A stretch of 64,000 nucleotides of DNA from a virus, in IMG/VR virus record IMGVR_UViG_3300030085_001980. One strand, 5' to 3'. A model generated the notes under the pieces. It did no database searches. It saw only the letters and a list, made by a program, of their open reading frames with translations, and was not told the origin of the DNA. Made by a program: the position numbers and the translations under genes. This document shows, in pieces, positions 12,001-20,300 of this stretch. How positions within the stretch are numbered: position 1 is the first letter of the stretch; each line of letters starts with the position of its first letter.

Positions 12001-13836
12001 ACCAGTAATTTCACCAAAACCAACGTCACAAGACGCTGCAGCTGCCTTTGGTTCCGCAATAAAGACTGTAGGAGGTTCAGATTCGGAATATCCATCACCA
12101 AAACTGGTAATATTGATGTCAGTGATCTCTCCGTTGAAGATTGTTGCTACAGCAGTCGCGCCAGTACCACCAATGGGATTACCAGACAGATCTTTGCGAT
12201 TATCGACGATATACACGGAAGGAGCGTCTGTATAACCAGATCCGCCCGTCAAAAGTTCAATATCCGTCAATTTACCGCCAGTTACGGAAACATCGAGGAT
12301 TTGTGCGCCAATGGGATCAATAATTCTGCATCTAGGCGCAGAAGTGTAACCTCTACCACCAGAAATGATCGTAACGCCGTTAACTCTGCCCTGATCGTCT
12401 AAAGTTGTTACGGCAGAAGCGGAAATTGGGTTTACAGCGTCTTCAGTCGGAGGATCGATATAAACTGCAGGAGGAGTTGCATAATTAAGTCCTCTTTCAA
12501 TAACAGTGATGGAACCAGGTACAATAGATCCATCAGAGTCAATCTGAGAGTCGGAAATCTTTGCTCCGCCAGGATTTATGAATGAAATCGAAGGGATAGA
12601 GTCATATCCAGAACCAGAAGACTGTACGTTGATTGCAGTGACTTGACCACTCTCATCATCGACAGTTACAGTTGCTTTTGCAGGAATACCAGAGGGATCT
12701 GCAGGATTATCAAAGATAATGATAGGTGGGTTCACCGAAGTGTAACCCTGACCACCATCAATCAGAGTAATATCCTTAATACCATTGACAAGTGCCTCAG
12801 CAGTGGCATTTTCGCCAGTAGTATCTGCAGGAGTTAGGATTGTGGTCTTAGGAGTAAAATTAATGCGGTATCCACTACCACCATTTTTTACAATGATGTC
12901 TTTGAGTTGACCGTTCTCAATTTTACTAATTGCACTAGCTGCTTTACCAAATTCTGGAGCAATTAGTTCTACAGCACGTACTGACAGAACAGTACCAAGA
13001 GAAAGTGCTTGTTTGAGGATAATCTTATCCTCGTAGATGGTATAGTCACTAAATGGTGTTTTTACAACACCATCAACTGCTACCAAGCAAGAAATGGTAG
13101 ACAGGGGAATATAAGGTGCACCACCAAGGGTGAGAGAATATACTTTTTGATCTTGATTATCAACTGCAACAGTTAGGTGATCCAGTTTACGAACTGGCAC
13201 ACTGGTATAACCAATAAGGTACTCAATACGGGTAACAGCAGTAGAACCCTGAATAATTACTGGAGGAGTTTGGAAACGGATGTTAGATCCATCAAGGAAA
13301 TAGTCTACATCTGGTTCCAGTTGAATTCCATTGACAATAACGCGCAGATACTCGGCAGCAGAGGGCGTTACAGGAGTTCCGAGGAGTTTTAGAGGGAAAG
13401 ACGTACGACTTCCGTCAAACAACAACTTGATACTCTCAAGTTCTTGGATCTTCTTGTTAAATTCGGCAAGATTGACTCCAGGAGTGAAAACAACCTCTGG
13501 AGACTTGGAAATCTCTTCATAGTAGATGATTTCATTGTCAATCTTGATCGTACCGTCTCTTTCGAGGAAATAATCGATGTTTTCTACATCGATATTAATA
13601 TCGGAAGGTCCAACACGGTTCAGAACGATAGATTCCGACCCAATAAAGTTCGGATCGTACTCACCCGAACTAATATCGGTGTACGATAAGATGTTATTGA
13701 GAATATCGTAAGGTTTACCAGATTTCTCCTGAGATCTGTAGTATTCTACAATCAGATCAACAAAAGCTTGATCCTCTTCCTTGATAAAGGCAGGAATCTG
13801 GTCCTTTACTCTCTGGGATACCTTAATTGACTTCAT
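1..13836 (-). CDS. gp7: Giant baseplate wedge protein (gp7-like), at least 4612 aa, 3' end beyond the window
   Basis: ATG at 13836 (MKSIKVSQRVKDQIPAFIKEEDQAFVDLIVEYY). Hand translation found no stop down to base 1, and the ORF track lists no terminated ORF in this frame. Contains gp7-type segments (IKDFYLSKGT, HPVGFNMFGE) and many G-x-G-Y repeats. Lies directly downstream of gp6. Confidence 0.88.
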   Translation of the reverse strand, partial: MKSIKVSQRVKDQIPAFIKEEDQAFVDLIVEYYRSQEKSGKPYDILNNILSYTDISSGEYDPNFIGSESIVLNRVGPSDINIDVENIDYFLERDGTIKIDNEIIYYEEISKSPEVVFTPGVNLAEFNKKIQELESIKLLFDGSRTSFPLKLLGTPVTPSAAEYLRVIVNGIQLEPDVDYFLDGSNIRFQTPPVIIQGSTAVTRIEYLIGYTSVPVRKLDHLTVAVDNQDQKVYSLTLGGAPYIPLSTISCLVAVDGVVKTPFSDYTIYEDKIILKQALSLGTVLSVRAVELIAPEFGKAASAISKIENGQLKDIIVKNGGSGYRINFTPKTTILTPADTTGENATAEALVNGIKDITLIDGGQGYTSVNPPIIIFDNPADPSGIPAKATVTVDDESGQVTAINVQSSGSGYDSIPSISFINPGGAKISDSQIDSDGSIVPGSITVIERGLNYATPPAVYIDPPTEDAVNPISASAVTTLDDQGRVNGVTIISGGRGYTSAPRCRIIDPIGAQILDVSVTGGKLTDIELLTGGSGYTDAPSVYIVDNRKDLSGNPIGGTGATAVATIFNGEITDINITSFGDGYSESEPPTVFIAEPKAAAASCDVGFGEITGFTLHSHGENYKPSQFKNCKRGVSGVANYDIRGNQVFTQEVDSIQSSHEAGTVIENLDALFARTLYERFVNQFLPNAPIDYKKVNAPQIIKTIKDFYLSKGTKIATEYLFKILFSEDVDVSYPKDELIKPSDATWSVETILRVELISGDPRNIIDSQLFQYADAVDTNVRNATCLVENVIAINTGVGTIYELSISEETLEGKFTIPYKTTLVEPVNQTDSIITVDSTIGWPERNGLIILGDEEYVQYKEKSLNQFIECTRSKNGVVEDWDAGSEIQSDIFVYINRNLDTEVKMRILGIAEATGTVLNDTGSYYLPTDKLNVASLGSSSTDEKVTSWLYNVKKLIQVNEIQPGGLNNQTATVYTTNNHGLLVGDSVTIYGANPTIFNGTFAVTSRISDTIFSYQIAAPAPNAPQGNILMSVDLNKGKSDVESINASIEDYTTNVQNTFFNSDYAYIATTGIPNYKVGPFIGSALLPGNQRKLSRFPLNVETVSRREDINFGPIGAWVNGVAAWSYKSQTKVKFGGVTSIDIANAGTGYDAANKPLIEITGGEGSGASADVTVNGSLFSVDVTNGGTGYTTQPLVSIVGGGGFGATATAVITNGVVSKILVETPGEGYTSSPTVSISGGNGTGATATAEVRGPIQSIAITSSGSGYTSSPDIKLNSGEGAVAQPIIINGRIVSIAIIASGNGYTSPPRVVINGEGYGAVGKAIIGQFGEDAGKVLGVTVENRGVGYATGTTTIRLEAIGENAVFNANVFEWTKNLQTELDGLFDPSRGYVFAGFNTQYGGEYAHLSDPKQLRYVLGDNVFRDPATGNLRELETGLRHSPIIGWAYDGNPIYGPYGYIDAADQSSGIKRVVSSYRIKPVLLYDQDTNPNPVRADGPLLTAEPAGSFIEDYEYVFQQGDLDQYNGRYCKTPEYPEGVYAYFVAIDASEAGLPVFPYVCGPQLYSTPDKWNYSQDAVQTNIPGDVVRFRDPYQDVDIDIDRQPNADTDTLVTEFGDTFIFEIEDSNRDGVIQQTEIDAMIEISEEPVLQLFDYYPRVSTRSQVDIEIDTTTKFEDAQISGFVVENAGRSYKVNDKLYFDDEGTGGYGASAKVNSVKGIDITGYTSSIIDDLPYGRITTVDEHDLRAGDEIIVDSIPIIDQTNKTYRVKVVSGVERVTVSQEGLGYSEDIPPTYQVVSGSGQDFALSITREESGAVKKVNIINSGSGYDENEAPEIRVSHPQRFKKAQYALSVLKENSSGENRVCKIVDVAIADDRTFYVVGHADDVSGDSGGLIAKFNSDGRLLWTRTMLPLAPATGDKKCIFNRIYIENSTPHNIYVVGETIPNSTNLTHNPDLVVAKYRSGFDGLNNPTAVPVWQREIAGISGATRRDYISSVTIDEDGQIYVGGTTDTNSPSPDDMWIGLLNLDGSVKEKRKICSASGTEKLTDLHYIGNDKTVFVGESDPAGVGNIIIGETYYDTATIEVQWSRQFGNAAYRFTNPKMTQDDYGSRYVTATATNVSSGNRVGILYMKFSPDDLKTPSVAKIIAPTGATFDDIHSTGCKFDIFGNIDVGAYVKYSYNDHRAVIFKVSWNTNNVLTAAYVKQDQGIGFKPTSITNDNSGDTIIVGNKIETNEIAILDFETTDSADSTYNNDLTVTWGTAPTLDASKFKYGAQSASTTAAANTVLLDYGSADVATDWTCEAWMAIGTTQYNAQASKPLLFQVIPNTGTNATLSVDGDSTSPNFGKLVLELGANTYYSASTAMWTAFNNQGFVHVAFVKSSPSVGNYVYKVYVAGNEEISITSTTVDTNLEKVRMLGVASPVVTTSLGGWVDNVSISQVVKYDDTFTPGQATGSNKEVSAFTFKLDREQTKTGTYALNTVEQGMSVIVASTINDFTYQSQVLTAADWELGPAGIQILDYGDVVSNNVEGIFSFSSVEQTYETRTATVPTPLGKKLLLDTKVIPKFYLRDALYTSIDAVKTVTFNQPATFTKGSILQQYQTIGGQDVVNAYGTIVEVGTNSVKIGKIIGNFDTQKKLKSTANDENTIAQVFTVETTIPQWGDNNPYTTGDEVYNDGKIYTASSTGTSGVTAPTHNVGTVSDGSVNWVFTRIAGSFDVDINNTAYAGGILAQYATWKEFSPTDYIIKIDEIYADSVYIKGDTIDAAAVGLVLTFDATHKIATFAGLVGVKKFTLTSNLDKDVIPSGALSYTDLVYCASSSKNNFEVNEIIFVEGFSTNEYAGSFFVQEIFNSREFTYKLRSVAVQDPAFLQNTIGSVNIYAKHPKLLFVRGHQYIFDLDDVSNLGYFMSFSKDNQYKLEYPFVNIVREGIPGLTDQTSPKPLVKFIVNEDVTNISYYFDPSRTSPDNSPVSDDSFIDVIQTPYKGTYTINEILSDTQFNFELSSEPEKSTAPLGQTETGLTRASYSTTSTKAIGPISDIKLVNPGGFYQKLPIVTDIASNREIEKIRITSGGTEYVNGIYYNVPIEGDGEGALCNITVADDGELLGTITNVVLTSAGKGYKTASIDVDAIPGILGPLLAGSGAALEVVIPDEGSGAAVFLQGKSIGKIKKLKNNEFGFGYSHDYTLRPEITFPVNLQLFNTAILSEIKITDPGSGYTSVPRVVIEGGGGTGAEAEAIVKNNRLSEVIIKNPGSGYSSEPTVTLKSEFNYVVNLDLGYLQFNFPHGITTGAAVQLRAEDLGSTVGILPKPSSAGLVSLNANTTYYAIAGSANSLEPDQLRIALTQVDAESGNFITFLTQGEGRQILLTEVFGGVAEAIVETSRFLKGELVYQGNSIETATATGYVSNNEGWQIGPRILKLENYDGTWTPGERVTGQVSRASGLIDNLSIARGTLNIDSMTTTTGQFIDDVGKPSEIVQKLQDSYFYQNFSYVVKSQTPINDWRTSLLETNHPVGFNMFGELSLSGGKDISGRKVISDLVKEVNIFSSTDINKITSFANAQPIYTEFNNTEVLFRQKRLTNSEEILTSIVKKLDNIDSDFNGIKTQFPLTVEGESVTATDDQMLILINGVAQAPGTSFTTAGPSIVFDEPPRAPSRIKFRTVTYTQMAITRYTFSTTAGIFPPAGKIVRSLQNEGTATVIDSGTDYIDVVNIEGTFAINDNVLSSATGFDGVLSAVTNLTSKTIFEQGETIKNLAGNFAVIEENNLNNGVISNELLVSRTSGTAAYETGDFALKFNDIIYSARSNIAATVSAIAPYQDSVSQQIIDTVDLSPPSTFFGLVFQRVPSITYPNVILDNISETVINPTELYDGETANNQDFLDFEEVRNQEIRYNYLAGSQFAAGDYIRNKKIYFNNSSLRGVDDQRSYDAANLIRKNARFIAEEAVGIMKDFYPAFVVQSVGGDRDCEDDIVDILNVVAYQLEYDGNSEVWDAAATYVQGNSVYHLDGALNQTVYAFNQARDLAIKAIRNIAHTPLWTTRTQYIDNQITQEFAVVDNSHADARTLILANKWFIAHEALHHAKTVNPSLTVPGGDNNCLSDIVDMLEAMTYNLAHGGNNFVYDATRKYMVGAHVAGYEDDTVTAFNKARDLAIEVMRNNAIVKQGAHDWVQVTDNTITADTTSPVCIAVASSITTLMGIATGALGTTASPGTLANFEATYTRTVPTTALDGYANGCVNQVSAITNFMKIITDTLQDPTAANPATYQWAIGNVPRIEPAYAFQDGETLRCTKHAYKDKSSGGFFAFGDVITAITSGATYDVIGSNAGNKWIYSKDITGTLQANEYITNSKLTRSNVTQDALTYASGNASLKFSGTSSYVSYPTSDRVTFGTGDYTLELWIRPTSLTGTQTLFDFRSSGSDSQLTLILQNDSVRLAIAGADVIIGTSALNQGANTWYHIALTRATNVTKLFVGGQQVGSDYTDANDYSVDKVIKVGAAWNNASPFGGWMENVIIRKGIATYSSTFTPPTVFVDDDNTSFALDGEAPFAMETDAIYATYVTHTISSATADEVELWRSELTTEGVDLGRQAFRDCAEVIRKNINWIAEEAVGRLRNRYPDFVIPGDG

Positions 13837-13857
13837 TCTGCGTTTTCTGCCGTCTAA

Positions 13858-15954
13858 TTAGAAGCAAGCGTCGAATTCTGGGAACTCAAACACTGTCGTC
13901 GGATAATCAATGATATTTATCGAGGTTCCGTCGAAGTTAATTGGCGTAAAGTCGAACGGATCGAAGTTCGGAACTACTGTTCCGTCAATGGTGTAGTCAA
14001 TCGTGATGACTTGTGGGTTAAAGATCGTAGGATCAACACCTGTACCGATATTTACGTTTCCAGACGCAATCAAAGCAGTAATCGGAATACGATTTGTGCC
14101 ATCAGGCGTAGTTTGGACGTTAATAGGTCCAAGACAAACTTCGCCACTCTTATAGTTGACTGTTCCAACACCTTTTTTGAGGATAACCTCTTTCTCATCA
14201 AGTTTTGAGACCATAATCAGTTCACCCTTACCGTCATCACGTACATTTACAGGCAAAAGTGCCGATGTATCGTTATCGATGAACGTACTGGTGCTCAGAA
14301 CTGAGTTTGTAGTCAACTGTTGTGACTGAACTGCCAGTTCGAGAAGATTTTCGGTGTATCCAGTCGAATAGAACGTACCTGACTTAACAGAAGAGAACTT
14401 AGGATCGCAAGTTCCGCCCCCACCAGCGCCAGTACCAGTTGTACCACCAGAAATGTCACTAGGATTGACAATTTCGTTGTTAAAATCGACACATTGGGTA
14501 AACGTACTGCCAAATGGGAACCCTTCGACGTTCAAACCGAGGGTCATTGAGGTCTGATTACCAACAATCGCGTTATTTGAGTTATCTACCATCGACTGGA
14601 AGGCAGATGTGTCGATTCTGCCGTTAAATCTGTTGGAAGAACCCTGATTATTGTATTGATCGATAGCAGACAACACAGTTGTCGCCATTTCATTGTTGGA
14701 AAGGTTGGTTCTAGTGCCATCGAAGAAGACGTACGACTTCGGACGGATGTATAGAGTGGTAGGATCGATGATGACTGGTTCGATTGCCGCCATCGAATAC
14801 TTCAGAAGGTCATTCTTGATACGCTTCTTAGTTGTTTCGTTCAGTGCTGCACCACTTTTGGTTTTGACAGCAACAAATACCTTGCCATAGATCGGGGGAG
14901 CAAGTCTTTCACCACCATAGGCAGTAACAGACTTTGCCATCGGATATACCATCTTGGTGATATACTCATAGTCCGACTCAGTAACCGCTCTATTCTGCGC
15001 TGAGAATGCCCTAGGAGCGTTATATTTAATGCTAACGATGTCTTCCCCTACCTCACCGTCTTGAGAGGCGTCTACGGTCGTTACAGAGATGTTAGAGGAG
15101 GGTATGATGCGACCAGTGTTATCAACGGCGCGACCAATGAAAGTAAACTTTTTACATCCATTAGCAAGGGGACCATCTGTACGTACATACTTGAATCTGA
15201 TGATCTCACCAGCAATCAATTCTCTACCGATGATACCATCACCAAAGATGACTTTATATCTCAGGTCATCAGTCTCTTCTAGAAAATAACCACGAGTAGT
15301 ACCATCAACTCCAACAATATCAGTAATCCTATTGTACGTGTCGATCTCCTCTGATTGAGCATTAGGAGAAATACTAACGTAAAGCAGATCTGTATCAACA
15401 TTATCAACGGGAATATCATAACCACGCTTCTTGACATCCTCAACGGTGTACTTGTACGTTAACAAGTTGCCTTGATAAACGACAGTTTTATTAAATTCTG
15501 CAATGCCAGTAGTCTGATCTACAGCAACCGTCAGATCTTGAGGCAGAGTGAACAGATAAGATTCACCATCCACGGAAGATACGAAAGTATCACCCTGTGG
15601 CAAGGTTACTGTTGAGGGGAAAGTTGTGCTACTACCAACATATTGCGTCTGTACAGCGAAATGCAAACACGCTTTTGACGCTTTGATGGATCTTGGTGTA
15701 TAATTAAGTTGCTTCGCAATCTTAACAACGTTGTCTCTAATCGTTGCAGATTCAAGGAACGCCTCATTCATCGCCATATTAGCGTTGAACGCAGCATAGT
15801 AAGTGTTATATGCCAGTACGTCTAACAAATACGACGCAGCAGAACCCTCAAAGTCGTAATCAGTAAACTCAGTTCTAGTTCTCAGATACGATCTGATAGA
15901 TTCTTTGATCTCTGTAAAGTCCAGAGATGTTAAATTTGAAGGGATTGCTGCCAT
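13858..15954 (-). CDS. gp6: Baseplate wedge subunit gp6
   Basis: LDFTEIKESIRSYL...FTDYDFEGS...LLDVLAYNTYY and AQNRAVTESDYE are typical gp6 / baseplate-J motifs; adjacent to gp25. Confidence 0.93.
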   Translation of the reverse strand: MAAIPSNLTSLDFTEIKESIRSYLRTRTEFTDYDFEGSAASYLLDVLAYNTYYAAFNANMAMNEAFLESATIRDNVVKIAKQLNYTPRSIKASKACLHFAVQTQYVGSSTTFPSTVTLPQGDTFVSSVDGESYLFTLPQDLTVAVDQTTGIAEFNKTVVYQGNLLTYKYTVEDVKKRGYDIPVDNVDTDLLYVSISPNAQSEEIDTYNRITDIVGVDGTTRGYFLEETDDLRYKVIFGDGIIGRELIAGEIIRFKYVRTDGPLANGCKKFTFIGRAVDNTGRIIPSSNISVTTVDASQDGEVGEDIVSIKYNAPRAFSAQNRAVTESDYEYITKMVYPMAKSVTAYGGERLAPPIYGKVFVAVKTKSGAALNETTKKRIKNDLLKYSMAAIEPVIIDPTTLYIRPKSYVFFDGTRTNLSNNEMATTVLSAIDQYNNQGSSNRFNGRIDTSAFQSMVDNSNNAIVGNQTSMTLGLNVEGFPFGSTFTQCVDFNNEIVNPSDISGGTTGTGAGGGGTCDPKFSSVKSGTFYSTGYTENLLELAVQSQQLTTNSVLSTSTFIDNDTSALLPVNVRDDGKGELIMVSKLDEKEVILKKGVGTVNYKSGEVCLGPINVQTTPDGTNRIPITALIASGNVNIGTGVDPTIFNPQVITIDYTIDGTVVPNFDPFDFTPINFDGTSINIIDYPTTVFEFPEFDACF

Positions 15955-15957
15955 CTG

Positions 15958-16368
15958 TTAGGTTCTCTCTAGGAGGAAATCAACTGTTTGTACTAAAGTC
16001 TCACCAACAATAGTGTAGTCTACCTCTATATCTAGGGTATTATCATCATCTCCAGGATTGATACGTACCTCATTCAGTACGACTCTGGGTTCAAATCTTG
16101 CTACTACGTTCTTGATCTCTTCTTTTAGATCTTCTCCCAAAAAGACATCATAGGGTTCAAATAGCATTTCTCTCAAACGAGACCCTGTGTTGGGTTGAAA
16201 GGGTCTCTCGTACATACCTGTGGATATTAAGTTGCGGATAGACTGCTTAATAGCGTTCTCATTCTTTACAACAGAAAAATCTTCAGTATTAGGATTCGCC
16301 TTGAATCCAATACTGAAGTCCTTAAATGCTCTGCTGAGCGTTCTATCTGCTCTAAATTTGTATGCCAT
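15958..16368 (-). CDS. gp25: Baseplate wedge subunit gp25
   Basis: NENAIKQSIRNLI...ERPFQP..GSRLREMLFE...RFEPRV is the gp25 family signature. Confidence 0.92.
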   Translation of the reverse strand: MAYKFRADRTLSRAFKDFSIGFKANPNTEDFSVVKNENAIKQSIRNLISTGMYERPFQPNTGSRLREMLFEPYDVFLGEDLKEEIKNVVARFEPRVVLNEVRINPGDDDNTLDIEVDYTIVGETLVQTVDFLLERT

Positions 16369-16556
16369 TAAGTGTCAAAGCGTTCGACGTAATCATCGAA
16401 ACCACCTTCACCACCACATTGTCTAGATAAACGATCCGTAGGGGGATCGTTGGGTTTGTTTCGGTTCAAGTATTTATCAGCGCGGGGGTCGGTTATTAGA
16501 ACCATCCCACTTTTAATGAAATCTTGACTTTGATCAGGGATAGGACTGTTTGCCAT
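16368..16556 (-). CDS. Hypothetical protein, 62 aa
   Basis: ORF tightly abutting gp25, downstream of a late-promoter-like motif. Confidence 0.7.
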   Translation of the reverse strand: MANSPIPDQSQDFIKSGMVLITDPRADKYLNRNKPNDPPTDRLSRQCGGEGGFDDYVERFDT

Positions 16557-16609
16557 TGTGCTCTGTAGATGAGGACAGAACTTTTATAGCGGTTACTATC
16601 GCTGTTTAG

Positions 16610-16617
16610 TATTTATC
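16610..16617 (-). promoter_or_regulatory. T4-type late promoter variant (GATAAATA)
   Basis: Plus-strand tatttatc, one mismatch to TATAAATA, upstream of the gp25-gp6-gp7 run. Confidence 0.55.
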
Positions 16618-16762
16618 GCTTACCCTGACCCCTGTAACGCTTGCGTGCCTTATTACGGGAACTTGAAGCGTACTTGGTGTGCTGACCGTTACCTTGACGA
16701 GTTTTCTTGGGAACCGATTCAATCAGCTTCTGACCAGAGAGACCAACTTTTGCGCGTGCCAT
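16613..16762 (-). CDS. Small basic protein, 49 aa (not in ORF track)
   Basis: Hand translation MARAKVGLSGQKLIESVPKKTRQGNGQHTKYASSSRNKARKRYRGQGKR; fills the gap between the PAAR gene and the 16556 ORF. Confidence 0.8.
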   Translation of the reverse strand: MARAKVGLSGQKLIESVPKKTRQGNGQHTKYASSSRNKARKRYRGQGKR

Positions 16763-16797
16763 AGAATTGTGTGTAGGACTCGCAAATTATAGCACGA

Positions 16798-17331
16798 TTA
16801 TCCAGCGAGGACAGTAGGAGAACCATATGCAACCACTGACTTACAGGGCCAAGAAACGAATGGTTTACCAATGCCAAGAGGGTCTAGCATTCTACCAATA
16901 GGTCTCTTCAGAGCGTACACTGTAAACGTTGTTGCCTCACACATACGGAAGTGACCAACACCACCCATATCTTCCACTGTGAGCATACCGCAAGTAGTGG
17001 GTGTTGGGATAATACACATTGCCTTACCACAAGGGCACAGGTAATTAATGATGTTTGCCGTGGTTGATGTATGTGGTGTAAACGTGTCACCAAACAACAT
17101 AACGGGCAAACCGTTGACTAGCACAGTTGCTCTAAGAGGATTGACCGCTTCAAGTGGAATTAGCGGTTGAGGTGCCCACCAACAAGTAAGGTCCTTAACA
17201 ACGATGCCAAAGGGGATAGGAGGCGTGCCACAGGGTTGTTGATTGTGGATAGATGCGGGTACGGGTAGTCCGTGTCCAGAACAAGGAAGACCGTTAAGAG
17301 ACGCAACTGGTTTTAGAATTCCTAATGCCAT
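16798..17331 (-). CDS. PAAR-like spike tip protein (gp5.4-like)
   Basis: CSGHG, TVLVNGLPVMLFGDTF.PH, RPIGRMLDPLG and C-terminal VAYGSPTVLAG; baseplate context. Confidence 0.8.
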   Translation of the reverse strand: MALGILKPVASLNGLPCSGHGLPVPASIHNQQPCGTPPIPFGIVVKDLTCWWAPQPLIPLEAVNPLRATVLVNGLPVMLFGDTFTPHTSTTANIINYLCPCGKAMCIIPTPTTCGMLTVEDMGGVGHFRMCEATTFTVYALKRPIGRMLDPLGIGKPFVSWPCKSVVAYGSPTVLAG

Positions 17332-20300
17332 CAGTCAAACGTAATATCGCACTCATCAAAGTACGGGTTACCATAGTTATTTAACGTTTCATCCAGCAAA
17401 CGCGCAGATCCTGTTGAGTAGTTTCTCCAAAGCATACTACCCTCGTACGGTCCCATCTCAATATGGTTGTCATCATTGATACGCTTGGGGTCAATAGCGA
17501 TAGCAGCGTGCTGCACTTCATTCAGCGCAAGGCATCCTTGGAATGGTGGATTGGAGCAAAGGTCGTTTGCGGTAATAGGATTGCCACTATTGTCATATCC
17601 AGAGTTTACAGTTAGCACACCATCTGTAACAAAGTTGTGCCAGTTGTCATTACTGAACTTACCACCGCTACAACTGTTCAATGTGACACTGTTATACGTA
17701 CCCCAACCAGCTCCACCTGTAAAATTACCCGTGTTTGACTGTGATGTGCTGGTCTGCCCTGTATTAGGATCAGTGGTAGTAGTCTCGCTGTACTCATATG
17801 AGGTCCAGGTAAACGGGGAGAACGTACCGTAGTTTCCTGATCCGATCCAAGTTTCCAACTGATCAAGCTCTGTCATACCCTGATTAAGACCATAGTCAAA
17901 GGTATTTTCGTCACCACCAAGAGGAACGAACGCATATTGACCGCTAGAAGTCTCATAGCAGCGCCCTTTAGCATCACCATTAGTGCAAGGATGCGTTTTT
18001 TCATCTCCAGTACCACCAGATTTAGGTACTTTGCGCGGTCTAGTGAGTTGTGGACGCCCCAAAGACTTCAACCAGTTCATAAAACGAGTGTTTACAGCCG
18101 CACCTGCGCCACTTACGTCACCATCTACTTGAATACTTACCTTCACTTTCGCAAGATCTAGTTTAGAAGCGCAGTATTTGTACGGCATCCACCCAAAAAG
18201 AAGTTCATTACCCTCCGAATCAAAGGATTGATACGGACAGGGGATGTCAAAGAAGCGTCGAACCCCATAAAGATTGCTCTGGGCAACCTCAACACACCCT
18301 CCAGGAAAGATTCCTGCCATACCATTGGACAGTTTTTCCTCAATCTGGTCCGCGTACGGTCTAGAACGTGAGAACAAATCACCAAGCATACCGTTGTTGG
18401 CGTTAAAGTCGCCATCTAAACCGCGTAAATTGCCAAAGAGTGCCTGTTCATCATAGTATTGCGCCCAATCTGACCACCCTTTACCAGAATCTGGTTGGAA
18501 ACACAGACCAGGAACAATCTTATCGCAGAACTTTTGCTTCTCTTCTGCGTTAACATCACCCATTTTGATGTATCCACGCGGATATATGGTTGTCTTCTCA
18601 GTGTTAAACAACTGAGAGTTCTCTAGAATGATGTCTCTATCTGCCTGCAGTGCCGCATTTGCGCTTGCATCGTTGTTACCGAACTGACTGAGAGAGCGTT
18701 TGATCTCCACTTCATAGGGGTTCATACCCTCAGCAACGTACTTGTCCTTCCTAATACCCGTCTCACGGTCTACCACAAGCACTTTAGGGCGCGTACCAGG
18801 GGAGTATCCACGACCTTTATTGGTAATAATTACGTCAATGATGGAACCATTGTCATCTAGAACCGCTTTGAACTCTGCTGCTTCGAGTGTTCCGTTGACA
18901 TCAGACTCAGTAACGAAGGATTTGTTGCTAATTTTGGATGCAGACCTACGTACTTTCTTGTCAAAGCGTTTGAAATCCGTCTCATCCTCTACATCTAGCT
19001 GTACTTTTGTCGAAAAATCATCCTCAAAGAACTCATCTACGTTAGATCCCGAGTCAGCGAATCCCTGTTCGCGCAATACCTCAGGGAATTCACAGGAAAG
19101 TTGTGGATTTACGTAGTCTTTTCCCGAATTAATGATCTTAACGCTCTGTACTCTACCCTTTTTATCGATTTTTGCTTGTAATACCGCCTCATCTATCGTA
19201 CGTTGCGGGATCAAAGCGTTCTTATCGATCTCTACACGCATATAGGAGACCTGTTTAGGGAACTCAAACACTCCCCAGAACGCTCCTTTGTTAGGAATTC
19301 CGTATCCTGCCAGTACAGTGATGACACCATTGTTAGCAGAAGTGAAGTTTTGACCGTATGTGAACGCACTTCCTTGCCCTTCTTGTTGCAAAGAAGACAA
19401 TTCCATATACCCACAGTTCATCTCATCACCAAAATAGCGACAAGCAGTGATCATCCAACCATTAATACGCTCACCAATCTTAAAGAAACCGCTACCAGTG
19501 AGGTATCTAAAGAAGATACGGTGGTCATCTGTACCTGCTGTCCAGAAAGATTCGTTTGCACCTGGTGTTAGATCAGGAGCATCAACAAACAATGTGGTCT
19601 TTTTAGTTACCCAAGCATCCTGACGGATCACATAGTTATAGTTGTGGTACGTTAGAGTGGGCTCTGGCGGTGTACTGTCATCCCTGTAAGAAGTAGGAAG
19701 ACACGGTGCATCAGTCTCAAAGAAGTTAATACCATAGATCGGTCCATTCCAGGGGTACGATGTGTCGTACAGGTAGAATACAAACTGACCTTCAAAGGCA
19801 TCGTGAAAGTTGATTGAGCGGGGCACTGCTGCCTTCACAGCGCCGTTCTTTCCATAAAACCACTCAAAGTATGCATCAGTGTCTAATAGGTCAACACTGT
19901 TGCCCCAACCACGAGAAGACGTAGCAGGCACACCATCTCTATCTTTCAGGTAATCCATAATGGTGTATGGTGTACCGTACGGTCTTCTATTACCGTTACT
20001 ATCGTTATCTGATACCCAGTCATACCAACTTGATCTATTAACTAGACCAGTGCTCTGTGGACCACCAATCTCCTCATACCGTGCAATGGCACGAGGACCT
20101 GGTGTAAGAGTTACGTACCCAATGATACCTTGATACCGATACTCTTCACCTCTTGGGTCATTACAATCTGGTACACCAGATACACCAGTCTCCAGGTTAT
20201 TTTCAACTACAGGATTGACCGTATAGAAGTCGTTAGGACCTCTTTTACTGTCTCCAGGGTGTCTATAGTGGTAAAGGGGTCTTATCGCCTCTCCAGTGAC

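Noticed and set aside
193-13689. Dozens of short plus- and minus-strand ORFs in the track
   Set aside because: They are shadow frames of the single giant minus-strand ORF, with no RBS or family motifs.
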